This document shows positions 13,440 through 27,200 of a stretch of DNA of 64,000 nt, piece after piece. The translations under genes were made by a program, and so were the position numbers. The stretch's first letter is position 1. Each line of letters opens with the position of its first letter. Under the pieces are notes generated by a model that made no database searches, had not been told where the DNA came from, and saw only the letters and a list, made by a program, of their open reading frames with translations. The stretch is from Antedon mediterranea (taxonomy: Eukaryota > Animalia > Echinodermata), in contig NC_092670.1 in the NCBI RefSeq assembly GCF_964355755.1, forward strand, positions 10,402,795-10,466,794, in the 5' to 3' direction.

Positions 13440-13800
13440 AGATGAACCTTTTTACTAAAGTTTCTTCTTTGCTCAAATCTAATATTACTTATCACTTAAT
13501 ATACTTATACCATGTGTAGTAGAAAACACATAATATTCAAATTATGATTGACAATATTGCTTTTTCACAGGTTTCCCATTCAAAATTATTTGGGCGTAAT
13601 TATAGATGAAACACTAACATGGGGGCATTCCAAAGTATTTTTGTAATATGGACGTGACATTTTTGAGAATATAACTAGCCATATTTTAGAAATAAAAAAG
13701 AATACATAACATATATGGCCATGAATGTTAATTATGAAAGTCAAACAAATTTATAAGACTGTACAAAAAAATTATTAAAATTGTATGCGTCACAGACAGG
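13440..13800 (+). mobile_element. fossil CR1/L2-group LINE RT C-terminal fragment
   Basis: About 13584-13628 translates NYLGVIIDETLTWGH (YLGV.ID..L.W..H motif); the surroundings are frameshifted. Confidence 0.55.
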
Positions 13801-15637
13801 CAATGTACATGACTTTTAAGAAGGTTTAGGTATTGTAATATTTCTCCTCATTTAAAAGAAATCTTAAAATTTGTTTTGTATCATGATGTTGCCAGATAGT
13901 TGTTTTAGATAACTGAATGTTAATTAACTCCAAATTTATTAATAAATATGATTTATATGTTGTTACAGACGGGATTTTTCCAACGTCGTGGACAGAACAC
14001 TTTTGTCCAGGTTAAAAAAATTGTATAATTTTGATATTAACAAAAATAAAATTACATCAGTTTATTCTTTTATTACAAATCAGAATATTATTCAACCTTT
14101 GAAACACTGTTGAAAGTTTAGGTCAAGTGAAAATATTAAAATTCATAAAATAATATAAAATATTATTTATAAAATTAATTATTCAAAGAGTTATAAAGAG
14201 AAGCAATAATTGTTAAATTCATTTGTTTAATTCATTTATTTTAAAAAACATCATTAATTTAAAAGTTAGGTTTCGTATAAACAAATCTTCAAGCTATTAA
14301 CACATTTAAGGCGATTCTTTAAAAATTGACGTTGGCATTTGACGTCTGAATTTCTTAGTGGATCCAAGTTGCACCTGAATTTTTCTTCTATCCTTGCTTG
14401 AATTTAATATTATTTCTATTTAGTATCTGATTTATAAAGGTTTATGGTTGCAAATTTACAAAGAATGAAATCTACAAAGTGAAAAAAAATACAAGTTTAA
14501 ATCTATTGCAATTTAATATCCTTAAGAACAGTTGAAAATTAAGTTTTGAAAATACAGATTTTGCAATCATTACTTCAATAAACACTAAATGAGGAAAAAA
14601 CCCAACCAAAATTTCTCAGAAGTGACAATTATAATTTTTTAAATGAAAATTATGTATGAATATGAAATTAATAAACAAATAATTGTAATAAAATATTTGA
14701 TTATGAATAAACCCCCTTTTCTTGAAGTGCCCTTTCAAACTAGACTAGGCATAGCCGATATGACAATTTCTTGGCTATTCTGTATAGCCAGCAGGCAAAT
14801 TGTACTTTTCTTACTACTAAGTCCTAGGAAAATTTGTCTAGTTTATAAATATTAGTATGTTAAAATATTAAAAATAGAAATATATTAATAACATTTAAAT
14901 TTTGTCTTAACTAAAAGAAGACACATAGATTGTATTTACCTATGTATACAGTACCAGTAATAAATGTAATCTTTATGTTAAATTTACTTCAAATGATTTA
15001 TATACAATTAAAAAGAAATATCATATCTATACACGTAACCATACATATGAGGTATCAAAGTGACTGCAATTGAACCTTTTTTTAAACTATAACATTTAAA
15101 AAATCCCCACCTGCACCTTTTTCCTGTCATTGTTGTTTTTAATGAACTACAATATGGGTTACAGGTAAACAAGCTTTGCTCTTATGGTCATCCATACTAG
15201 CATTTGTTTTTTATCCCTCATGATATTTAAATGGTAAAATAAATTTATACTTGACTCTCTTTTTATATTGATAGAGATATTTTTTTATTTTATATATGTA
15301 TTTAATTTATATTTGGAATTAAGTGATTCTTCATAATATTTTTGTTTATTACTTTTATATACTAAATAAATTTTGAGGAGGTCCAACCATGTTTACATTA
15401 CTTCACTCTGTAAATTTAATTGCTATGGCGTTGCTTAATCTGTATACAATTTGTTTTAAATTCTAGCTATCAATTTAAAACAGAACCCGAGATACAATAG
15501 ATCACCAAAGTAAGAAAACACCTTCAGGAGCCAAAACAATTCCTACTAATAGGCGTTTCCCCGAAACCAAGTTTTGTTGAATACACTACATAAGTTGTTC
15601 ATTCCATCAGTACACTAAATCAGAAAATTTAACTCAC

Positions 15638-15928
15638 CCTTTCGATGTAACAAAACTCTGGCTTTTGAATTACGTTGTTTTCAACTGATGCTTCTTCCAG
15701 TATTTGCTTACTGATTTGACAAACACGATCTTTCTGGTTATAGTTGACCGACAAGCAATCAGATTTGTGGGAACATTCCAGCAAACAATTTACACGGCTT
15801 ATATTCTTCAATTCGTAACTCCAACCCTCAAGAGCCTGTCCCTGGATAACTGTATAGAATGAATTGGTCGAAAGAACGACAATAGGCAGGAGATTAAGAA
15901 CGACAACCAAAGTTGCAAACGTATGCAT
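15638..15928 (-). CDS. FReD gene 1, exon 1: signal peptide + PAN/Apple domain
   Basis: MHTFATLVVVLNLLPIVVLS hydrophobic leader; C-x3-C-x5-C-x-S-x-N-Y-x6-C pattern (CLLECSHKSDCLSVNYNQKDRVC) of PAN modules; AGG|gtgagt donor. The joined CDS is 969 nt, 322 aa, with no internal stop. Confidence 0.8.
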
Positions 15929-17669
15929 TGCGACGTTTTGGAAATACGTATTGACAAAATAAACTGTATGATGTGCCTTCAAATGCAACTTGTCGTACAC
16001 CTTATTTGTGGTAATAAGGAACTACTGTACGTTTTCATCTTCTGATGTGCGTATTATAGATGTTCCATCCAAGTATAATACAATAGAACTTTGTCTGCAC
16101 CAATCAAAAACGTGTTAGTAATAATAAGTTATACTGTAACTATGTATGAACAAATTTCTAATAGCCTATAAAATCGAACCATCAAATTCATGGAGTTTTT
16201 GAATTATATATTAATATAAATTGAAATTACTATGTAGCTGGATTATAACATTCTATGATCAATGTTCTGTTGTTTTTTTTTAACAAATTCAGTGTTTTGG
16301 TTCAAGTATCTCTATTTTTAAATCTTATTATGCATCTAAGTCTAATTGAATTTATTTTCATTATTTAAAACACGTTCTCTGCATGTAGAATAATAGAAGC
16401 TGCATTATTGTAAATTTAGTATCGTGTTTGTTGACAGTTGACATAAATTAATTTTCCATATGTTGTTTTCACATTGCTACTACAACATTACTTTTTAGTA
16501 ATTGTTGTTGATGCAACGATATATAATAAACAACTACTAATATAATGTAAAATAGTTGTATAATTTATTTCCAAGTGAATAATATATTAAGATTCAAATC
16601 GATGAACAATAGATAAGATTGCAACAAGCTAGTAATGATGTGTAGCAGATATTAGGATGAATGTGTTTAAACTTTAGAAGCATGTGATTTAATAGTTTCA
16701 CTAGTCACATTCTATTATGACCAATAGGAATTAAGAATGTCATTGGTGTGCTTGCCTTATGCATAAGGAGTGACCACATTCTTTCATGTAGACTAGTGGA
16801 CTGTGGTTAATTAATATTTATTGCTTTACTAAGAAAAGTTGGTAACTATCTAATGAAAAAAAAAAAAACAAATTAAGTTAAGGAACAAACTGTACAAATG
16901 AAATCTGTCTGCCAGACTTAGTAATTCTGACAGGGTCAGTAGCAATGCTCTTAATGTTATATGCTTATTTTGAATCGGCATTTATATATTATATATGCCA
17001 TCTAGAACACTAGTTACAGATTAAATTTTTATATTATATAAGGTTATGTTTTGCGGCGTGCATGAGGTAGAAACATGAGCAAGAATACTTGCCACCCGTT
17101 TAAAAATCATTTTTGAAATGGTGCATGTGAATGCACATGCTGCTGACCACTTGCTGTCTTCACATCTAAATGACCGGATTGTGACGTAGTAAAATGGTTC
17201 GTGAATTACTAAACGCAGCATTCAGTATTTGTAAAGAAATTGATTTAAACACAAATTTTTCATAAAAATGTGCCATTCTAACATGGCTTAAATGAATAAA
17301 GGAGAAATAAAAGGTGCCCAAGCTCAAACAGATTATCGGACTTGCAGTTTAGGAGGAGATACAGGAACAAACTTTGGCTTAGTGCTATTATAATATGATG
17401 ATCAACGAACAAAACATCTTAAACAGCCCCTTTGCTCAAGATTACATATCCAACCTTTCCAGAACTTGGAACCATCCCTTACCTTCATATCACTTTCAAC
17501 ACCCACCAAAAATCATTTCCGTACCCCTGTGTTGAACTATAGTATATATTTGAATAGCTTTAAAAAAAAAGTGACCAATAAAGAAATCTGATGTAATAAT
17601 AAAACTAGCGTTAAATTTGTCTGTTATAAGACAACATTTAATGTACCCTATCTAAAAAAAAAACTGGTA

Positions 17670-20600
17670 AAAATACTTTTATTGCAACTTTTGGGTTGAA
17701 TTATACAAAAATATATACTTAGACTTAAATGAAAAAAATATATCAAATCCATCAACGATATAAATCAAAAAAACACAAAAACATCGAACAACAGACAAAA
17801 TGAAGTCAAGTCAGGGAACGAAGCGACTGTGCAGGGATATATAAATATGCTTACCACTTGTGAAAGAGACCAAAGTTTACAATAAAATTTTTTGATCGTT
17901 CCGTTTTTATTTTTGGAATGCAAAATTCTTTAACTTGTCTTAAATTGTATCTAGATTTAGGCGCTTTTGGAAGAAGGTGATGAAGTCTATGGGAAGGGTT
18001 TTTAAGTTTCTGATAGTAATCCTTGCACAGTCTAGTTCGACGTTCACATAGCACAGGCACATTACATTGAGCCATTGCTTTGTTGTAACTGAGCTCTGGG
18101 AACGTGATTCTAAGCGCCCTTCGTTGGATACTTTCCAGTTGGTCAGACTGCAATTTAGTTAAGCACGTTCCCCAAACGGGGACGGCGTATTCTAGTACAG
18201 GTCTGATAACACAACAATAGAAATAGCATAAGTCTTGGGCGTCTAGACCGGACCGGCGCAATTGTTTAAGGAAATATAACCGTGAGTTTGATTTAGCTAT
18301 CAAAGAATCAATATGGGGTTGCCATGATAAATTGTCACATATAATAATTCCAAGGAGCTTAGTACGGCAAACCTGGTTAACACTACATTTATTAATAATT
18401 AGAAGATTAAATATCGACTTGTTTTTCTTACAACTCACAATTAATTCACATGTTTTTTTAGCATTGAGGGTCATATGGTTAAGCCGAGTCCATGCAAGGG
18501 CCGAGTTAGCTATATTTTGCAAGTTACTATTGGACAGTTTAGACACCCTTTCGAAAACAGTAGTATCATCCATAAATTTAACACATGGTTTACCATTTAA
18601 AAGGTCATTGATAAAAATAATAAACATAATAGGGCCAATCCACGACCCCTGGGGTATGCCTCCGTTTGGCGATAGCCATTCAGAAAGACTATCACCAATT
18701 TTAACACGTTGTTGTCGGTTATACAGGAAGGCATTAACCCATCGGATCAGGTGACTATCAACCCCCAGCGCAATGAGTTTGTTTAAGAGAATTTTGTGGT
18801 CGATCAAATCGTAGGCCTTTTTAAAATCCAATAATAAAACTCTAACCTCTTCGCCCGCATCAGTGGCAAGGAAACAAACACTAAGGAATTCAATTAAGGC
18901 GTCAACCGTAGAAACACCTTTACAACAACCAAATTGGTTTAGGTTAATCTTATCCTTAACTTGGTGCCAGATCATTTCACCCACTAGGCTCTCAATTACC
19001 TTTGCCATTATAGGAGTTAAAGCTATTGGGCGGAGATCACTTTCGACCAACTTTGGGGGAAACACTTTTGGGATTGGGACAATATTGGCTCGTTTCCATT
19101 CTTGGGGAACCCATCCGTTTCTAACACTTGAGTTAGCAATAGCACATAAAGGACCACTAAGAATCTCAGCACCCTCTTTAAACACCCAGGGGGGAAGGTC
19201 ATCTGGACCAGGGGCTTTATTACATTTAATTTAATTAAGTTTAATCCTGACAGTTTCCAGCTCTATGATAAGGTGACTAGGGATTTCATCAATATCTGAT
19301 AGTGGATCTAGGGGAGGGAGGGGTTTAAATTCCGTGGTCAATGAGGCAAAAAATTGATTAATTTTATTTGAAAGCAAGGTGTTATTGCCGTTACACAGCA
19401 AATTTGACATTCCTACAAGTGCATGATTTTCTTTGCATCCTAGATTGAGAAACCTTTTGGTGTGTTTCCACCAGGATCGGGAATCCGAATTCAAGAGCTT
19501 AGCTACATTGTTTTTGTAAAAAGATTTACGTAGGGATTTTGACATCCGGTTAACTTTGTTTCTCAGTGAGCGGAACAACTCAATAAGATTTCCTTCCTTA
19601 AAAGCAATTTGACGTTTACCAATAAGATTCTTATATTTGGAAGTAACCCAGGGTTTATCCATCACATACTGTGTTAAGGGAACAAGGGGAAAATGATGGT
19701 TAAATAAAGATTGTAACTTATCATTAAAAAACTTAAATTGACTATAACAATCATTTAACTTATACATATCATGCCATCTAATACTACAAATGTCCTCAAA
19801 AAACAAAAGTTTATTGTTCTGTTTAAACAACCTCTTAAGGCTCTTGTTAGTGTAGTAGTGATCAAGTTTCACATTTGCGACCGGCTTGCAGATAACTACC
19901 CTATGGTCCGAAAGGCCAAGAGGAGGCTCGGTGATAGGGGCCAAATAAAACTCTCCCAATGACGTATAAAACAAATCGAGAATCGCTTCCTTTCTTGTGG
20001 GTATTTTAACTAGTTGCTTTAGCGGGAACTTTACCAATTTATAGTCCTTCATGCGGTTAAAATCACCAGTAATCACGATGCCGGTTTCCGGGTGCTTTGA
20101 GCACACATAATCAAGACTGTGAATAATATGGTTGCACATTTCTAAATCATTTGAATTTGGAGGGTGGTAGATCAATCCTATGGTTATATTCGCGATTTTG
20201 CGTGGCAAGCGTTTGGGACGAATGGTTATCCATATACTCTCGAATGCTTCATCCTTAATTTCTGACCAAACTTTATAAGGAATTGAGTCTTTCACATATA
20301 CGACTACTCCTCCGCCTCTTCTATCGCCTGGTCTATCTGATCTAATAAGAGAGTAGCCTTCAATTTCCACAATCGTATTTAAAATAAATGGTTTGAGGTG
20401 AGTTTCCGTAATTGTAATGATGTCGTAGGCAGATTGTTTAACTCTATGGACAAGTTCGTCCATTTTGTTTGGTAGCGATAGAGCATTAGTACTAAAAAAC
20501 GAAGGAAAATTCCACCCAGTATATTGTTGAGCGAGATGAACAAGGTTGTTAGGGTTACATCCTCTGGAACCTTTTCCACACTGCCTATGGTTATGTCTTG

Positions 20601-21050
20601 AGGATATCCTAACTGGTATTACCCTCTGTTTGAATCTACCTCCACGACAACCGCGATGGTGGGTGGCTAGAATTCCCAGCTCTTTAAGAGAAACGAATAC
20701 ATCCTTGCTTAGTTTAGCGTCGGAATACTTATAGCCTGCGATACGCTCTCTACTGAAACACATTGTTATGCAAATGAGGATCACTGGAATGTTCCGTCAG
20801 GACAAGCTTCTCCACCACTGCAACGTTTCCGGCGAATCCGAGATGTTATATGTACCAACAATGGGCCTAGCTTTAGTACAGTTCCAACTTGACAATTTTA
20901 AGACAGCACAAACAAAGTTTCACCAAACAAATCTTATCACCACAAACAGACAGTTAAATGCAAACAGAATATCCACACCAAACATCAAATAAGAAAACAA
21001 AAAAGCATGAAAATAAGTATTTTCTTCGCTGCCAGATAGGGCGCGTCTGT
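17670..21050 (-). mobile_element. near-full-length CR1/L2-group LINE with a single APE-RT ORF
   Basis: APE motifs (ITETHL, RRGGGV, GDFN, ILDL, SDH) and RT motifs (LRPIALT, DFKKAYD, PQGS, FMDD, LLGI); 3' UTR ends in AATAAA on the minus strand near 17680. Ends are approximate and no TSD was seen. Confidence 0.9.
17851..20784 (-). pseudogene. LINE endonuclease-reverse transcriptase ORF (978 codons) broken by one in-frame TAA at 19233-19231
   Basis: The two track ORFs share a frame; reading through gives RIKLN*IKCNKAPGPDDLPPWVFKE (conserved KAPGPD motif). Confidence 0.88.
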
Positions 21051-21455
21051 ACCGGATTACGTCCGTTGATAAATAAATATCTAGTGAGTTTACTGGTGCA
21101 ATTATTAAATAAAGAAATTAAATTTAATTTTGTTCTTTATTGTTCTTTTAGGCTTGAAGCTGTTCATTGTGGGTGTCTTCCTTTGTGTCCTAATAACCAG
21201 CTGGTTTATCCTGAAATATTTCCTAGTAAGTTTAGAGTTCTCAACTTGCTATAATTGTTTTCAGTAGTTTGGATAAAAAAATTCTGTAGTAATTACAAAA
21301 TAGTTGTCATGTTTGTTTCAGAGCATCTATATATAAATTATGGTTAATTCTGACATAGGCGAGCACAATGCAAAAACTTCAGTACAAATCTCCGCCTTGG
21401 ATACCTACCTTATCTATCCGAGATGTACCGCGAAACGTAGATTTGATAACATTAG

Positions 21456-24129
21456 TAGTCCAGGAGTATTAGACTTTGAGGTAGAAATAAATATGCTAAA
21501 GCTGAATTTTTCAGGATAGGTTCCTAATGTTGTCTGAAACAACATACTAAAAGTCCCCGGGTTTCCCCGTTGTGCTTCAACCCGATTGGGCCATTTTTCA
21601 AAATGGCGGCCATCTTAAAATTATTTACCATATGCTGACAACCAGTAGGTGTAAGTAAACAATCTTGGTGTCAAAATACTCAGAAGACCCATATTTATAT
21701 TCACTGTAATGAAAAAGTTTAACAAAAAATGGTCAGAAATGCCTATTTTGACCTTTGACCCTAAATTTGGATTATCTCAATATCTCATCAATGACTGGCC
21801 GTAGAGACTTCAAAGTTGTCCCAAATTATTCAGAATGCCCAACTTTCTATTCACTTTAATGACAGAAAAATACCAAATTCCTTTAGAAACCTTCTATTTT
21901 GACCTTTGAACTATTGACCTAGACACATTTTAATTTTATAGACATCTTGGTGATCGATAGGAGTACACAAGCGAAATTGCTGTCAAAATACTCAGAAGAC
22001 CCATATTTATATTCATTATAATGGAAAAGTTTTTAAAAAAATGACCGGAAATGCATGTTTTGAACTTTGACCCTAAATTTGGATTATCTCAATATCTCAT
22101 CAACGACTGGCCGTAGAGACTTCAAAGTTGTCCCAAATTATTCGGAATGCCCAACTTTCTATTCACTTTAATGAAAGAAAAATATCAAATTCCTTTAGAA
22201 ACCTTCTATTTTGACCTTTGAACCCTTGATCTGGTCATATTTTATACCAAAATTGTATAGAAATCTTGGTGATCGATAGGAATACATAAGGGAATTTGGT
22301 GTCAAAATACTCCAAAACACCCATGTTTCTGTTTACTCTTATAGAAATAATGTACTAAATTGAAAGTGTTTTGACCTTTGACCTTAATCATTACATTTTA
22401 ATGAGAATTAGTCTTATTTCGTGCCTAGCTTACCTGTATAAACCGACAATAGCCCGTGCTCTCCAGAGGGAGGGCTTAGATGCAAAAAGTTAAATTTAAG
22501 TTGACATAAAGACAGACAGAATCTAACAATTCATCAGTATGGCCGTTGCCATGAGAGGTAAAATTCATTCCAAATTGCTCCGATGCTAAACAGAAAAACC
22601 AAGCCCCAATTTTAAACTATATATATGATACATTTTACTATCTGTTTGGGCTTTAGCCTGTTTTCACTTCTTTTATTAATTAGTAACCAAACAAATTTTA
22701 TTATTTATTTATTCTTGAAATATTAAGGTTAGAAATTAGTCCTCCAAAAAATGCCACGCTCTTTTCTATATGGCTAATGTCCATGTTTAAACTAAAGTTT
22801 CATATTGTATTTTATTATTTAGGTGATTTGTCAAATGACACATTGTGACCCTTTGATACCTGAAATTATGGCCTCATATCTATATTGATGAATATTATTA
22901 TTCGTCCATCGGACATTTTTTCTAGGCTGTTTCAGATAAATTTTACATCTCATGGCATGATGAATGGTATGATATGTCCATCATGCTATTTGGGACTTAA
23001 ATTATTAAATTATAATGTAGTGATTAAAGTCAAAGGTTTTGGAATATTTTGACAACAAATTCGCTTATGTATTCCTATCGATCACCAAGATTTCTATATA
23101 ATTATGATATAAAATATTGTATTGGCCAGATCAATAGTTCAAATGGCAAAATAGGTGGTTTCTAAAGGCTTTTAGTATTTTTCTTTAACTACAGTGAATA
23201 GAGAGTTGGGCACACTGCTTAATTTAGGCCAGCAGTTGATGCGGTATTGATATAACCCAAATTTAGGATCAAAGTTATAAATTTTGAAACCAATTTCGTA
23301 TCCTATCGATCACCAAGATGTCTATAAAAATAAATATGCCTACGTCAATAGTTCAAAGGTCAAAATAGAAGGTTTCTAAAGGTTTTTGGTATTTTTCTTT
23401 CATTAAAGTAAATAGAAAGTTGGGAATTCCGAATAATTTGGGAAAACTTTGAAGTATCTACGGCCAGTCGTTGATGAGATATTGAGATAATCCAAATTTA
23501 GGGTCAAAGTTCAAAACATGCATTTCCTGTCATTTTTTAAAAAACTTTTCCATTATAATGAATATAAATATGGGTCTTCTGAGTATTTTGACACCAATTT
23601 CGCTTATGTATTCCTATCGATCACCAAGATGTCTATAAAATTAAAAATATGCTTAGGTCAATAGTTCAAAGGTCAGAATAGAAGGTTTCTAAAAGAATTT
23701 AGTATTTTTCTTTCATTAGAGTGAATAGAAAGTTGGGCAATCTGAATAATTTGGGACAATTTTGAACTCTCTACGGCCAGTCGTTGATGAGATATTGAGA
23801 TAATCCAAATGTATGGTCAAAGGTCAAAACAGGCATTTCCAGTCGTTTTTTTTAAAACTTCTCCATTACAGTGAATATAAATATTGGTCTTCTGAGTATT
23901 TTGACACCAAAATTGTTTACTTACATCTACTGGTTGTCAAAATATGGTAAATAATGTTAAGATGGCCGCCATTTTGAAAAATGGCCCAATCAGGTTGAAG
24001 CACAAGAGGGAAACCCGGGGACTTTTAGTATGTTGTTCCAGACAACATTGGGGACCTATCCTGAAAAATTCAGCTTTAGCATATTTATTTCTACCTTTGG
24101 CCCTTTTTTTGTCTAATACTCCTGGACTA
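21456..24129. mobile_element. non-autonomous Academ-like foldback DNA transposon (2674 bp)
   Basis: Terminal TAGTCCAGGAGTATTAGAC / GTCTAATACTCCTGGACTA; inverted homology extends about 0.9-1 kb per arm; arms built of about 312-319 bp sub-repeats; TAG duplicated on both flanks (21453-21455, 24130-24132). TAG...CTA termini with a 3-bp TSD fit Academ. Confidence 0.75.
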
Positions 24130-24240
24130 TAGTGTTCACGCCGACGCTATTGTTCCATATTTTTATCTTAGGAAGATATTATAAAGGGTTTTTTAACAAC
24201 ATTTATGATTTCAACATTAGATTTTCCTCTCAATTTCAAT

Positions 24241-27200
24241 CATTACGCGGACCAGGCTACGTTAGCGTTACGGTTAGGCAATTTGGTTTTGACAAGCAAT
24301 TACTGTCAGTGCTTTGTAAGTTATTGTGATTTTATTGCCCTGGAGTGTCATTTGAGCCACAAGTTCTAACTACAAGTCCTGCCCACTGGAGGTTGGTCTA
24401 ACCTGAGATGATTCGCATGGAAGAGCTTGAGTCCGTTCTCTTAAGTTTGGCCTCGATGACCTTTGCGCAGGCTACCTAGAATTCTCATGGGCCATTAAAT
24501 ATTCAGTTTCAACTTTTAGATTTTATGTGGTTTGAGACTTTGTTGAGCATTTTTAAAAATGTGTATAGGCCTACTACAGTACATAATATTAATATTTAAT
24601 CAAAGATAAGAACAATAATGCAATATACATTAAGATATAAATGATGTAAAATAAACCATAAAGATTAATACAATAAACTACAAATAGCCAATTTTTAAGT
24701 TTTAATGGAAAAAAATGATTGACCTATGAAAGAACCCTAAAATAAACATATAAACAAAAATAAACGCCAAGTGATGATAACCAATTTAAATTAATACACA
24801 TTCAAAAGTTTTATCATCATGTAAATAATTATCTTAAATTAAAAATGAAAGATATATTTAGGTTAACAAATTGAATATAATATGTTTCCTTTTTTCTTAT
24901 CACTCTTGAAAAGTAATGTTATCTGTTATCTGCCAGAGTCACATGTTCTGACCCTTTCCTTCATTTGTTTAGCTCTGTTGATGAATACTCTGATACTTTT
25001 TTTCGTAAAATGCTACAAATAAGTGTGTATGTTTTTTACCCTGCCACTGTTTTAGTACAACACAATTTTGTGTAACCTGCCACTGTTTTGTATCCCTGCC
25101 ACAGTTTTTGTATCCCTGCAATCTTATTTTTTTCCAGAAACTTTGTATACAACACAAGTTTTTGTATCCTAGATCACTGTTTTGTACCCTGACACCGTTT
25201 TTGTTCCCTGCTACTGTTTTTGTACCCTGCCACCGTTTTTGTACCCTGCTACTGTTTTTGTACCATGCCCCAGTTTTTGTACCCAGCTGCCATCGTGTTT
25301 GTACCCTGCCACTGTTTTTGTACCCTGCCACTGTTTTTATACCCTGCCACCGTTTTTGTACCCTGCGACTGTTTTTGTACCCTGCCACCGTTTTTTTATC
25401 CTGCCACCGTTTTTGTATCCCTGCCACCGTTTTTGTACCACTGTCATCGTCTTTTTTCCCAGACACTTTGTATACAACACAAGTTTTTGTACCATAGACC
25501 ACTGCTTGTCATACCCTGTCTCTGTTTTTGTACCCTGATACCGTTTTTGTACCATGTCACCGTTTTTGTACCCTGCCACTATTTTTGTACCTTGCCACTG
25601 TTTTTGTACCCATCTGCCATCGTTTTTGTACCCTGCCACCGTTTTTGTACCCAGCTGCCATCGATTTTGTACTGCCACCGTTTTTGTACCCTGCCACTTT
25701 TTTGTACCCTGCCACCGTTTTTGTACCCTGCTACTGTTTTTGTACCATGCCCCAGTTTTTGTACCCAGCTGCCATCGTGTTTGTACCCTGCCACTGTTTT
25801 TGTACCCTGCCACTGTTTTTATACCCTGCCACCGTTTTTGTACCCTGCGACTGTTTTTGTACCCTGCCACAGTTTTTTTATCCTGCCACCGTTTTTGTAT
25901 CCCTGCCACCGTTTTTGTACCACTGTCATCGTCTTTTTTCCCAGACACTTTGTATACAACACACGTTTTTGTACCATAGACCACTGCTTGTCATACCCTG
26001 TCTCTGTTTTTGTACCCTGATACTGTTTTTGTACCATGTCACCGTTTTTGTACCCTGCCACTATTTTTGTACCTTGCCACTGTTTTTGTACCCATCTGCC
26101 ATCGTTTTTGTACCCTGCCACCGTTTTTGTACCCAGCTGCCATCGATTTTGTACTGCCACCGTTTTTGTACCCTGCCACTTTTTTGTACCCTGCCACCGT
26201 TTTTGTACCCTGCCACTGTTTATGTACCCTGCGACTGTTTTTGTACCCAGCTGCCATCGTTTTTGTACCCTGCCATCGTTTTTGTACCCTGCCACCGTTT
26301 TTGTACCCTGCCACCGTTTTTGTACCCTGCCACCGTTTTTGTACCCTGCCACCGTTTTTGTATCCTGCCACCGTTTTTGTACCCTGCCACTGTTTTTGTA
26401 CCGAGCTGCTATCGTTTTTATACCCTGCCACCGTTTTTGTACCCTCCACTGTTTTTGTACCCTGCTCATTTTTTGTACCCAACTGCCATCAATGTTGTAC
26501 CCTGCCACTGTTTTTGTACCCTGCCACTTTTTTTGTACCCAGCTGCCATCGTTTTTGTACCCTGCCACCGTTTGTACCCTTCCACCAGGGCCTTCCAGCC
26601 TTTTAAACACTGCCTGACATACAAAGATATTTTAAGTCATTTTGTGAAAGATATACTTTCCCATTAAATTAAATAATTAATGGAATATCACAACCACTAA
26701 GTATTTATTCCTGTATAAGGTCAGCAATCAGATTTCCCGCGAACTATTGTATAAAATTAGTGACGCTGTTTTTGTACACTGCCACCGTTTTTGTACCCTG
26801 CCACCGTTTTTGTACCCTGCCACTGTTTTTGTACCCAGCTGCCATCGTTTTTGTACTCTGCCATCGTTTTTGTACCCTGCCACCGTTTTTGTACCCTGCC
26901 ACCGTTTTTGTACCCTCCACTGTTTTTGTACCCTGCTCATTTTTTTGTACCCAACTGCCATCGATGTTGTACCCTGCCACTGTTTTTGTACCCTGCCACT
27001 GTTTTTGTACCCTGCCACTTTTTTTGTACCCAGCTGCCGTCGTTTTTGTACCCTGCCACCGTTTTTGTACCCTGCCACCGTTTTTGTACCCTTCCACTAT
27101 TTTTGTACCCTGCCACTATTTTTGTACCCATCTGCCATCGTTTTTGTACCCTGCCACCGTTTTTGTACGCTGCCACTGTTTTTGTACCCTGTTACTGTTT

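Noticed and set aside
17009-17400. Possible Helitron (CTAG end, TATTATAATAG start on the minus strand)
   Set aside because: No convincing subterminal hairpin; boundaries unsupported.
18332-20734. Plus-strand ORFs overlapping the LINE (also 42490-44558 and 32686-33240)
   Set aside because: Antisense shadows of RT-coding sequence.
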